A DNA stretch of 64,000 nt. Source: Octopus sinensis. Its lineage: Eukaryota. Made by a program: the position numbers and the translations under genes. Below are positions 53,890 to 64,000 of the stretch, piece by piece (position 1 is the stretch's first letter; the number at the start of each line of letters is the position of its first letter). A model generated the notes under the pieces. The model searched no databases, was not told the DNA's origin, and worked only from the letters and a program-made list of their open reading frames with translations. The stretch covers positions 22,072,001 to 22,136,000 of the forward strand of contig NC_043004.1 of the NCBI RefSeq assembly GCF_006345805.1, written 5' to 3'.

Positions 53890-54724
53890 CGGGATGCGTG
53901 GAGTTCAGTTACTCCATAAATGAAAAATACATTAAATGCTACAAAACGTACACGTAGGACAGACAGAGAAGGGCTCTAATCCTTCCTCAGTAATCGACCA
54001 AAAATACTAATACCTAGATTCGTGCCTTCAAAAATAAAACTGGGAACTTCGTATATCGACGGCCCTAGCAAAATATGCGCAGAATTAGGCCTCGAGCAAA
54101 CAAAGTACACAGTGGACGTACGAAAGTAAACAAATGTAATTTGTAGCGATAGACGAGGACATTATATAGAGCCTTTCGGCTAAACACGAAGATAGTTGGT
54201 AATGCCTGGAAGGAATCCTCAAATGGATAAAAGAAAGAATTAATAAGATGGGAGAAAAAGTTCACCAGTACGCTTGGCGTCCCGTGGCGAAAAAGCAGAG
54301 GACAGAAAATCAGTCACGGGTCACGTATGAATTGCAGATAGAAGAAAAGGAGGATGAGTGAGAGGGAGCGATAGAGAGACACAGTTAGAGAGAACAGGGG
54401 AAGGAAGGTAGAAAATGTACAATTAAGTTTGAGAAGATGAGAGAGAGAGGGAGAGAGAAAGTGGGGGTGCGAGAAAAGGAATATTAGGAAATTAGAGAAG
54501 GAAAGAAAGATAGTCGCAAAAAGTATATACAAAGTTACTGTTAACAAAAATCGGGATGCGTTGCTTTCAGTTACTCCATAAATGAAAAGAACGTTAAATA
54601 CTGAAAAACGTACACATAGGAAAGACACAGAAGTGTTCTAATCCTTGCTCAGTTATCGAGCAAAAATACTAATATCCAGTTTGGTGCCTTTAACGATAAG
54701 ACTAGGAACTTCGTATATCGGCGG
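53890..54724 (+). repeat. Diverged ~172-bp direct repeat pair (53890-54062 and 54552-54724)
   Basis: Shared CGGGATGCGT..TTCAGTTACTCCATAAATGAAAA...AAAAATACTAATA...GGAACTTCGTATATCG. Confidence 0.85.
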
Positions 54725-55084
54725 TACCCGCAAGATTTGCATAGAATTAGGATATATACTTGTGTGTGTATGTATGTGCATGTGTGTGTTTGTGTGTGTG
54801 TGTGTGAGTGTATGAAGGTGCGTGGCTTAGAGGTTAAGGTATTCGGCTCGTGTGTGTGTGTGTGTGGAAGCGATAAGTGCCATAAAAGTATCACGCTATA
54901 TGCCTCTTTTATCACTTCTATAAGCTGTTCACAAAGGTCATAGTCACAAGACTAGGAAAGAAAATTAACAATCAACAGCTGAAAGAGCGAATAGGTTTAC
55001 GTACGAATTATAGTACGATAGATCACCTATTCATTCATAGGTGATCACCTATTCACAACAGCATAGAACGAGCGAACGAATACA

Positions 55085-55985
55085 AACGTCCTCCTTGTAT
55101 CACTTTTGTTGATTACGAAAAGGTCTACGACACTATAGACATGAACGCAGTGTTGAAATCTCTGGAAATGAAAGTGTCGAGCCGCAGTACATCAAACTGC
55201 TCAGAGATTTGAACTCTGCATGCACAACAGATATAGCTCAGCACTCACTACTACTAAGAGTCCCGATTGAGAAGAGTGTGGGGCAATGCGATGCTATCTC
55301 TTCAAAGCTTCTTACCGCGTGCTTAGAAATGGTCACAACGTACATCCACTACCCATGTGATTTGCAGATGGCATTGTGCTCATCGCTGAAACCACAAAGT
55401 AGATAGAGACCATGTTGCATAGCCGAGTACTCAGTAAGTCTTAAAATGTATCACATAAAACAAAATATAAGCGGTCTAAAGAAGTAGCATAAGACCGAAC
55501 AAATTGGGAAGCGATAAAATCGAGGAGGTTAAGGAATATGACTACTTAGGTTACACAGTAAATATGCACCGAGTTATGAATGTTGAAATCTCTGAGAGAA
55601 TGAGGGCAGGACGGAATGGAAGGCATTTAAGTCAATGAAGGATGTGACCAAAACAAAGTTATGCAAAGTCATGCATTGCAAACTCTTCGATAGCACCGTC
55701 CGACCTGCGCTCTGATACGCAACTGAGACGCAGGCTAGCAAGAAGATAGAACATTGATTGGCTATGACGCAAAGGGAAAATGGAAAGGTACATTCTAGAA
55801 ATATTTAAAGAGCATCTTCGAATTGATATAATTGGAGAACGTGGTGGAGTGAACGATATGAATGCAGAGAGAGAAAATTCTACTCGAGATACTGATTTAG
55901 CCAAAAAATTTGGGACAAGAGGGAAAAGAATGGCGCAATCACGACGAAACTGGAAGCGCATTTTAATCAATGGTATGTAATAGCA
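55085..55985 (+). mobile_element. Decayed RTE-clade LINE reverse transcriptase fragment
   Basis: CITFVDYEKVYDTI, EKSVGQCDAISSKLLTACLE, FADGIVL, EEVKEYDYLG, WKAFKSMKDV, FDSTVRPAL.YATET. Confidence 0.85.
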
Positions 55986-56659
55986 TCTGAGGGTTTGGCT
56001 GATACTATGATATGTATACATGCAGGGAGTTCGGGTTGAATTTCACGATTTTTTTTGTTTCCCCCGGGACAGTTAACAGCCTTTGGGGAAATAAAGATTA
56101 ATGTTATAATTGAGAAAAGGTTAGCTGGATTGGCAGCCTTCTTAAAATGGAAATGAGTTCGCTATATCTGGATGATCTGCGCCAGGTATCAGAATGCTGG
56201 TATCGTGAATGCTTCCCAATGCTGTGTACACTTGCCTACAACTCATGTGATGTCCCAGGTAACATGGAGACCAAGTCCCTCAAACTGTGATCGTCTTTGA
56301 GTGTGTGCCTCCAGTGTCGGTGACGTCAAGCCACCTTACAGTTTTAAACAGGATTTTAGGTTCAATTCAAACGGCTATGGGTAGCTGATAGAGATTATCG
56401 GCAAATCCATGTTGTAGAAGGTATTTGGTGGAAGGCTATATGTATGGCAGAAGGAATCTCAACCTTGCTTTAATATGGAGAACGATGAATTTGAACATTC
56501 AAACTTTTTATCGCTGGTGTATTCATAATAATCGTCCGACACGTGCTTTGGTAGCATTAATTTGGTATTAATTGCTATTTGTTGTGAAAAACAACACAAT
56601 GATGATCGTCATAGTTTACTACTACTGCTACAAAGCCTAATTCAAACTAATATGTGTGT

Positions 56660-56697
56660 GTGTCTATAGATATGTATGTATATATATGTACATACAT

Positions 56698-56735
<38 letters not shown>

Positions 56736-56802
56736 TATATGCACATACACGTATATATGCATATATATATATATAGATATATATATATATAATATATATA
56801 TA

Positions 56803-56852
<50 letters not shown>

Positions 56853-56874
56853 TACATACACGTATATATGCATA

Positions 56875-56942
<68 letters not shown>
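56660..56942. repeat. (TA)n-rich tract
   Basis: Directly visible. Confidence 0.95.
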
Positions 56943-56945
<3 letters not shown>

Positions 56946-57140
56946 AATCCCAAAACAGGAAGAATAAACACAAAAAACATCATGAGGACGTGGTACATGT
57001 AAAGCATTAGCAAACACTCGGGGAAGGAAAGCAAGGTGGTTTAACGTTTCGAGCAAAGCTCTTCTTCGGAAACAGAGGAAAGTCCAAAAGAAAAGTAAGA
57101 CGGAGAAAGAATATCGCCAACGATTCACAAGCGGCTGCAT
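56943..57140 (-). mobile_element. Family C pLTR-like remnant with minimal hammerhead
   Basis: Minus strand gttt-CCGAAGA-a-gagc ttt gctc-GAAAC-GTT-aaac (57039-57073); similar to 29780-29985; TA on both sides. Confidence 0.72.
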
Positions 57141-58399
57141 ATATATAGGGGCGGGTTGTATGAGTACTATGTGAGTGTATGCGTGTTTACATAGTCCACA
57201 TATTAATCATTTATCTTCAATGCAATATGAATCTGTAATCTCTTTATCTCACAGGATTTAAAGAGAAAGTTCCAAATGTGTCTGTCTGCCATGAATAACA
57301 ACCAAACCATTGTTACTATATATGATTTTGATTATCAGCTTCATATATGACTGAGAACATCATTGTGAGCTTATGATAGTTACCGTCTTTAAATAATATA
57401 ATTAATTGTGAAAAAGTATTATTTCATGTTCACGTCATTGAAAATTTGATGAACATTTGAATTCCTTTATTAAATTATGTCGCTTAGAAACAAATTGAAA
57501 GAGAAAAATGATAACCTAATTTAATTTGTATACTGTACACGGAGTGTTATGAAGTAGACAGCTTACACTCAAAATCAAATACGATGATATATTGTTAGTT
57601 TTAAGAAAATATATTCAAGCAGACGTTTTAATCGAATCTGGTCTGTGTAACTTCCGGTAATTTTCTGTTGGAAAACTTCAACAGGATATTCTTGTACTTC
57701 AGCTATTTCTTCGCAAATATGTTAACTAATCATTCATGCAATTTTGGAACAAAAGTAAATAGGGAATATGATTTCTGTAGGTGTTGAGAAATTTTTTATT
57801 ACACTCGGTATAATTACACTAGGTTTAATTTGATAATCATGGTATATTGCAACAGAAAATTATAAGCGCTGTGAATCAACGTATACAAAAATGTTGGCTT
57901 TCTGATTAGTGGGAAATTATTCCAGCCCTAATCCATGAGTTTTGTTGAATTCTTTAGCAAGTCGTTTTATTCCATATTAATTCAGTGGACAAAGTTCTCG
58001 CAAAGAAATCTCAGCTGAATCTTGAAATATCGTTTACCAACCATAATTCAAAGATTACCATAGTTTAGTTTGTCATTAGTTCCATGTGCTCATTTATAGT
58101 ATTAATTGCTTTCAATTATAAGATGGCAGCAGTCGAGAACCAGCATAACCTCCCGACGACTGTCGTCATTAGTAAAACATATCGTCTCATAATATTGCAC
58201 ATTATTTATTATGTATCTACACACACACACACACACACACATGTATATATTTGTGAGGTGACAAGGCTACCATTCGTTACAAGCCGGGAGAAAATTTCTC
58301 AGCATGAGAATTTGGTACACCTCTCCATCCTTGGAGGTTACACGGTAGTATAAGAGATTTGGGGATAAATATTTAAAATTATAGATAATAGAAGACGAC

Positions 58400-59230
58400 T
58401 GATATGAAAATTCTGATTTATCGGGAATATAACCACATAACAACCTACCAAACGTATCAAAAAATTAACCCCACATTTTGTAACATAATCATAGTTGAGG
58501 CAGAGTAAATATCTACCTATAAAACTTGAAAACAAAGATTGAGCAAAATTACTTACCCCTCGAAAACCTTTGGAACCCTGAAAACCCACAAAGACAATTT
58601 TAAGAAGGGCCATAGCTGTCGATTGGTTAATCCTCCGATACACCAAACAGATATGAGCAAATCTGTATTACACAGCATCATACATCAGATACTTCTCAAA
58701 TCTTACTCAATGGACATGTAATAGTGAAACCATTGAATGAGTCAAGAAAATTGAAGATATAAATTGTGCTCAAGCACTTATTCATCCAGTTCGAAATCGT
58801 GGGGTTTTACCCATCGGTCTCCAAAGAACTGCTCCAAAGGTAGTTGAGTTTAGTAAAGCATATGTAACCGTCACTAATACTGGCATAGACATAATAGTGA
58901 ATGCTAGAAATTCGTAACTTTCTCATGATAATTCTTATTGGCTGATAAAAAATAGCGATGAGCTATTTGATGTCGCTATGGGAGTTTGATGGTGAACAGG
59001 TAGCCAACCTGGTTGAACATTACATCTCACATGTGCTTAACAAAGAGATAAAAATAGTATAAGTGTAACATAAATCATATTGAAACAAATGCGGATAGGC
59101 CAAGTAGACATAAGGTAGGAGGGGAAAAGTTATGGTGAAACCCCACCCCCTTATAATACAAGCTTACCCACTAGCATAGCATGTAAATTCATAAAGCTAA
59201 TAGATTACCTCTTACCTCATTCACGCGGTA
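58400..59230 (+). mobile_element. Decayed Penelope-like RT, Naiad-like, with internal deletion
   Basis: TLKTHKDNFKKGHSCRLVNP, FIQFEIVGFYPSVSKELL, IDIIVNARNS, FDVAMG.FDGEQVANLV, PPYNTSLPTSIACKFIKLID. Confidence 0.75.
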
Positions 59231-60065
59231 AAGAATGACTATAAGTGTGATCACGTTGAGCAGATATGGAGGCAGTAATGCGGATGAACAAATTTGATAT
59301 ATCAAAAATAACAGTTTGGGTATGAAATACAAAATATGTATATATGTATAGAAGGTGGTGCTACAGTATGACCGCTGCCTAATGACTGAAACAAGTAAAC
59401 GATAAAAAATAGTAAAAGGTACTAAACGAGAGAAAGCAATGAGTGGAGAATTCCACGAGGTATATTTAAGAAAAGATATATGAATATTTATATTAATAAA
59501 TCCAACTTACACGGAGTACAAACGGCAGGGTAAATTAGAAAGGCAGAAAGGTTTCCGATAAGTCAAACAAAAGTTTTTGGTGGCTCGGATCTCCATCATA
59601 TTGGTCGATGTAGTTCATGATGATATCCGAACGTGATGGAAGCAATCAATATTAGCTAAAGCGAGCCTCCGTCGTCAAGGTAGAAAATATCTTACATTTC
59701 ATATCATAATTCAGAGTTCAAAGGTGGAATGTTTGAAACTGATTTTTATATCTTTCCACGTTATATTTCGGTGAAGGTTTCAAATATTGACGTGTGGCGG
59801 AAGTAGTGCTATGTAACGATAAAAAAGGCTCCAACCTGTTAGACCTATGACCTTCAGAACTGCAGATAATTAATGAACGGCACAGGGCAATGCAGTTAGC
59901 CAATTGAAGTATAAAATAAAAGTAACATAAATAAAAAATAGGCCAAGTATACAATTGCATTCCAGGAGAGTGTTTAATAACTCATTGATAGTAAGTGGCA
60001 GTAAATAAACATGGTCTGGTATAGGATATCACATTACCAACCACGAAATTTGGATATTTCCTCAA

Positions 60066-60067
<2 letters not shown>

Positions 60068-60156
<89 letters not shown>

Positions 60157-60182
60157 CATACATACATACATACATACATACA
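60068..60182. repeat. (TA)n(TACA)n microsatellite
   Basis: Directly visible. Confidence 0.97.
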
Positions 60183-60334
60183 TGCGCGCACATGTGTGGT
60201 TTGGGGATTTCTCTACAGTGATTTTCCTATAACAGAACTCAAGATAATCAGGATTAAACAAGCAAAACATATAGTTAAGTCTTAGGGTATGTTGCTACCT
60301 GAAATTGTTGTTATATTTATCTTTTTCTACTGTA

Positions 60335-61266
60335 GGTACAAGGCCCGAAATTTTTAGGGAGGGGGCCAGTCGATTAGATCGACCCCAGTACGCAACTGGT
60401 ACTTAATTTAGCGACCCCGAAAGGATGAAAGGGAAAGTCGACCTTTGCGGAATTTGACCTCAGAACGAAATACCGCTAAGCATTTCGCCAGGCGTAGTAA
60501 CGTTTCTGATAGTAAAAACAGGCGAAATACCTATTTCTTTACTACCCACAAGGAGCTAAACATGGAGGGGACAAACAAGGACAGACAAACGGATTAATTC
60601 GATTATATCGAACCCAGTGCGTAATTAGTACTTATTTAATCCACCCCGAAAGTATGAAAGGCAAAGTCGACATAGGCGGAATTTAAACTCGGAACGTAGC
60701 GGCAGACGAAATACCTATTTCTTTACTACCCACAAGGGGCTAAACACAGAGAGGATAAATAAGGACAGAAAACGGATTAAGTCGATTACATCGACCCCAG
60801 TGCGTAACTGGTACTTAATTTATCAACCCCGAAAGGATGAAAGGCAAAGTCGACCTTGGCGGAATTTGAACTCAGAACGCTGCAGCAGACGAAATACCTA
60901 TTTCTTTACTACACACAAGGGGCTAAACACAGAGAGGACAAACAAGGACAGACAAATGGATTAAGTCGATTACATCGACCCCAGTGCGTAACTGGTACTT
61001 AATTTATCAACCCCGAAAGGATGAAAGGCAAAGTCGACCTTGTCGGAATTTGAATTCTGAACGTAACGGCAGTCGAAATACGGCTACGCATTTCGCCCGG
61101 CGTGCTAACATTTCTGCCAGCTCACCACCCTCTCAAAATGTATTGACCCCGAAAGGATGAAAGGCAAAATCAACATCAGCGGAATTTGAACTCAGAACGT
61201 AAAGACAGACGAAATACGCTAAGCATTTTGCCCGGCTTGCTAACGTTTCAGCCAGCTCACCGCCTT
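60335..61266 (-). mobile_element. Cluster of three SINE family B copies, the middle one with three ~180-bp units
   Basis: CCCCGAAAGGATGAAAGGCAAAGTCGAC-type motif five times; heads near 60510, 61130 and 61265. Confidence 0.88.
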
Positions 61267-61439
61267 CCTCGTGCTACATATTAATAGATAGATGATGGAT
61301 TAATGCATTTAATACCGATTCTTGTTGTCCACGACTGCATCGACCAGTTATTGACAAGACACACGCTTCTAAGTTGATTATTTGATATTGTATTAACTGA
61401 ACCATGTTTGTTTACAATCTCTTGTTGTATATATATATA

Positions 61440-61492
<53 letters not shown>

Positions 61493-63771
61493 CATGTATA
61501 TGGCAGAGGTAGAAATCTCAGAGGAAATAAGTTCATGTTCCTTGGCTTGTTTTAATAAATGTAATGTATTCATTATCAAAATATGTTCATCAGCTTATCA
61601 TAGAAAATATCTCACCAAAAGTAAACTTTATATTGAAAATCACTACATTACCGAACGAACTGGACTTCACCGATTGAGTTTTCAATATCCATTGCGCTCC
61701 ACTATAACGTTATTGCATTAAGGTTGAATGCACAGTGTAAAATTCGATGCATTAAGTTATATGTGCATGTTCAATCCAGTGATAGGAGAATATTCTGCCT
61801 CTTAAATTATAATAATGTTGGTGAATTGAACTTGTCAATGATAAAATATTTCGTATTTTTTATTTCCTTTGATTGAAATGCGAAAAATAAGATATTCGCT
61901 GTATCGATTCTTTGAAAACAGCACTTTCATTATTACCTGAATGTGGGGGAAAATGTAACTTTTCTATTTCAATATGTCTACTTCTGTGCTTCTTTCAAAT
62001 TCTTCCAATTGGTTTTTAAAAAATAAAAATACTCCAACATACCTGTTTCCATGCGAAGCTTTTATATTTGATTAACGTTATATCATTGCGATACATACAT
62101 AACAATAGCATACTAGTACGTGCATGACAGTCGTAGAATGATAGAAATGTTTTTTTAACTTCCAACTTTTCGTTTTCACTAGTCTACATAGCATGTGCTC
62201 AAGTATTCTCAGAATAAGCATATGTAAATTGCGTCTCTTGGTACGAGAGTTTTCTTGTGTACCTTAAATAATTCAGTAAAACCAAGTTTTACTGAATAAA
62301 ACATAATCCTACTTCAGATGCTGACTTCTCCAAGAGATGTGCTGATATGATGAAATCTAATGACTCCAAATATAACACTGAGACTGATGACATTATATAT
62401 ATAAAGGAAAGTAAGAAATGAAAGTGAATAGAATATGTGTTTCTCAACGGGCACATATATTTCAATTTAACTTCTTCTACATGTCTTGATGTCTTTTTTG
62501 CATCCCGCCTTCCGCCATTTTATTTCAGGCTTTTCCTTCTATGGTTCAATAAATAAATTTACATTTAGAAATATTTACCTGTTTCATGAAAAATATGTCT
62601 TTCAATTTACATGCGTTAATTATAAAACTGACGATTAAAGAAAGAGTTGTCTGGAGCTTGAATACAACAGTTTTACTTTTGTTAGATACGAGGGTATAGT
62701 AAAAGCTATATTATTGGACATCACGAAAAATGACCTATCATCTTCATATTAATCAAGTACATAGCAAAAACCATATCTGAATAGATATATTCTCCATCTT
62801 CAAGATTTTAATATGCTTTAAATCTGGGCAGAACCTGACCATCGTTATTGGTGACTGTATTCTTTAGTAAGCCACTCTGCATACAACCATTCGCCTATTC
62901 ATATGTTGTAAATATATTATATGTGTACCTACGTGTGTGCGCCATGTGCATGCTGGCATGTATGCGAGTATGTGATATGTGAATGTGCGTACATGTTTCC
63001 GTCTAGTCCTCAGCACTTGACAACCGTTCTTGTTTACGTTTCCATAATTCTTCCATTGAAAGTAAGACAACTGGTAAAAGAAATGTGATAATTAGGACAC
63101 ATGATTATATAACACAATGTTTCAGTATCAATACCAAATGTTTTAGGTTGACAAAACCAAGAACCAACAGTTATGAGCAAAATACTAGGCACTCCAACAG
63201 TTAGAAGCACTTAAAACATTCAAACATCTATATTTACACAAGTCAAAACATGAAGTCAGCGTCGCAATGATGTTCATTCATTAAAATACATATACCTACG
63301 AAAAAAAAGGCTACTTCATATTTATAGACATGCTACAAGGTTATCTGATGCGTCAATTTCATCGAAACAGTGTAACCTTGCAGTAAATCTATGTATTCCA
63401 AATTTACATAAACCTAAGAGGTATTTCAAATGGAAGCTTTGGCAGCCGACATAACACTGCAAAGCATTCTATTCGATGATTTCAGGATTCTGATTATTCG
63501 CCACATTATAAAACACAAATGTATAGAGACTTAGAAATATATAACAACATATTCATGTGCAAACATACATACAGTCATAGGTAAATTCATATTTACACGC
63601 ACGGGCAGACCAGTTCATATATATATATATATATATATACAAATGAAAATCTCTTGTTTCTGAGTCGCAAAACGGCACTGTCTCTAATGGTGAGGTATTC
63701 AAAAGAAAACAAGATCAGACATCATGTATACATTTATAAATAGGGTATACATCTATTTATACATAAATATA

Positions 63772-64000
63772 GGCGCAGGAGTGGCTGTGTGGTAAGTAGC
63801 TTGCTAACCAACCACATGGTTCCGGGTTCAGTCCCACTGCGTGGCATCTTGGGCAAGTGTCTTCTGCTATAGCCCCGGGCCGACCAATGCCTTGTGAGTG
63901 GATTTGGTAGACGGAAACTGAAAGAAGCCTGTCGTATATATGTATATATATATATATGTATGTGTGTGTGTTTGTGTGTCTGTGTTTGTTCCCCTAGCAT
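63772..64000 (+). mobile_element. SINE family A, cut by the window end
   Basis: GGCGCAGGAGTGGCTGTGTGGTAAG... as at 9688 and 29993. Confidence 0.92.

Noticed and set aside
55021-55056. GATCACCTAT/ATAGGTGATC local palindrome with partial repeat
   Set aside because: Short; consistent with a repair or template-switch scar beside the RTE fragment
61570-61600. Minus-strand CTGATGA directly followed by ACATAT near a TA tract
   Set aside because: No stem II or GAAA; cannot be distinguished from chance

Overview
AT-rich, repeat-dense eukaryotic DNA, most likely intergenic or intronic sequence from an Octopus species (inferred from the recurrent SINE families and the abundance of (TA)n, (CA)n and (GATA)n). 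I could not identify a host gene with confidence, and almost all long ORFs in the track are microsatellite artefacts. Recognisable content: three tRNA-derived SINE families, decayed Penelope-like retroelements (PLEs; one RT+GIY-YIG copy, one Naiad-like RT), R4/Dong-type and RTE LINE fragments, an L1/Tx1-like 3' end inside (GATA)n, and three mariner elements. The main unexplained signal is a set of short non-coding elements, mostly beside or inside (TA)n tracts, that carry type I hammerhead-ribozyme (HHR) motifs with palindromic stem III. They fall into at least six sequence families and occur as inverted palindromes or head-to-tail repeats. One has a tRNA/Pol III head, and its inverted arm begins exactly at the predicted cleavage site. 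Two candidate spliced exon structures and one pre-miRNA-like hairpin are noted at low confidence. All pairing and coordinates were read by eye.
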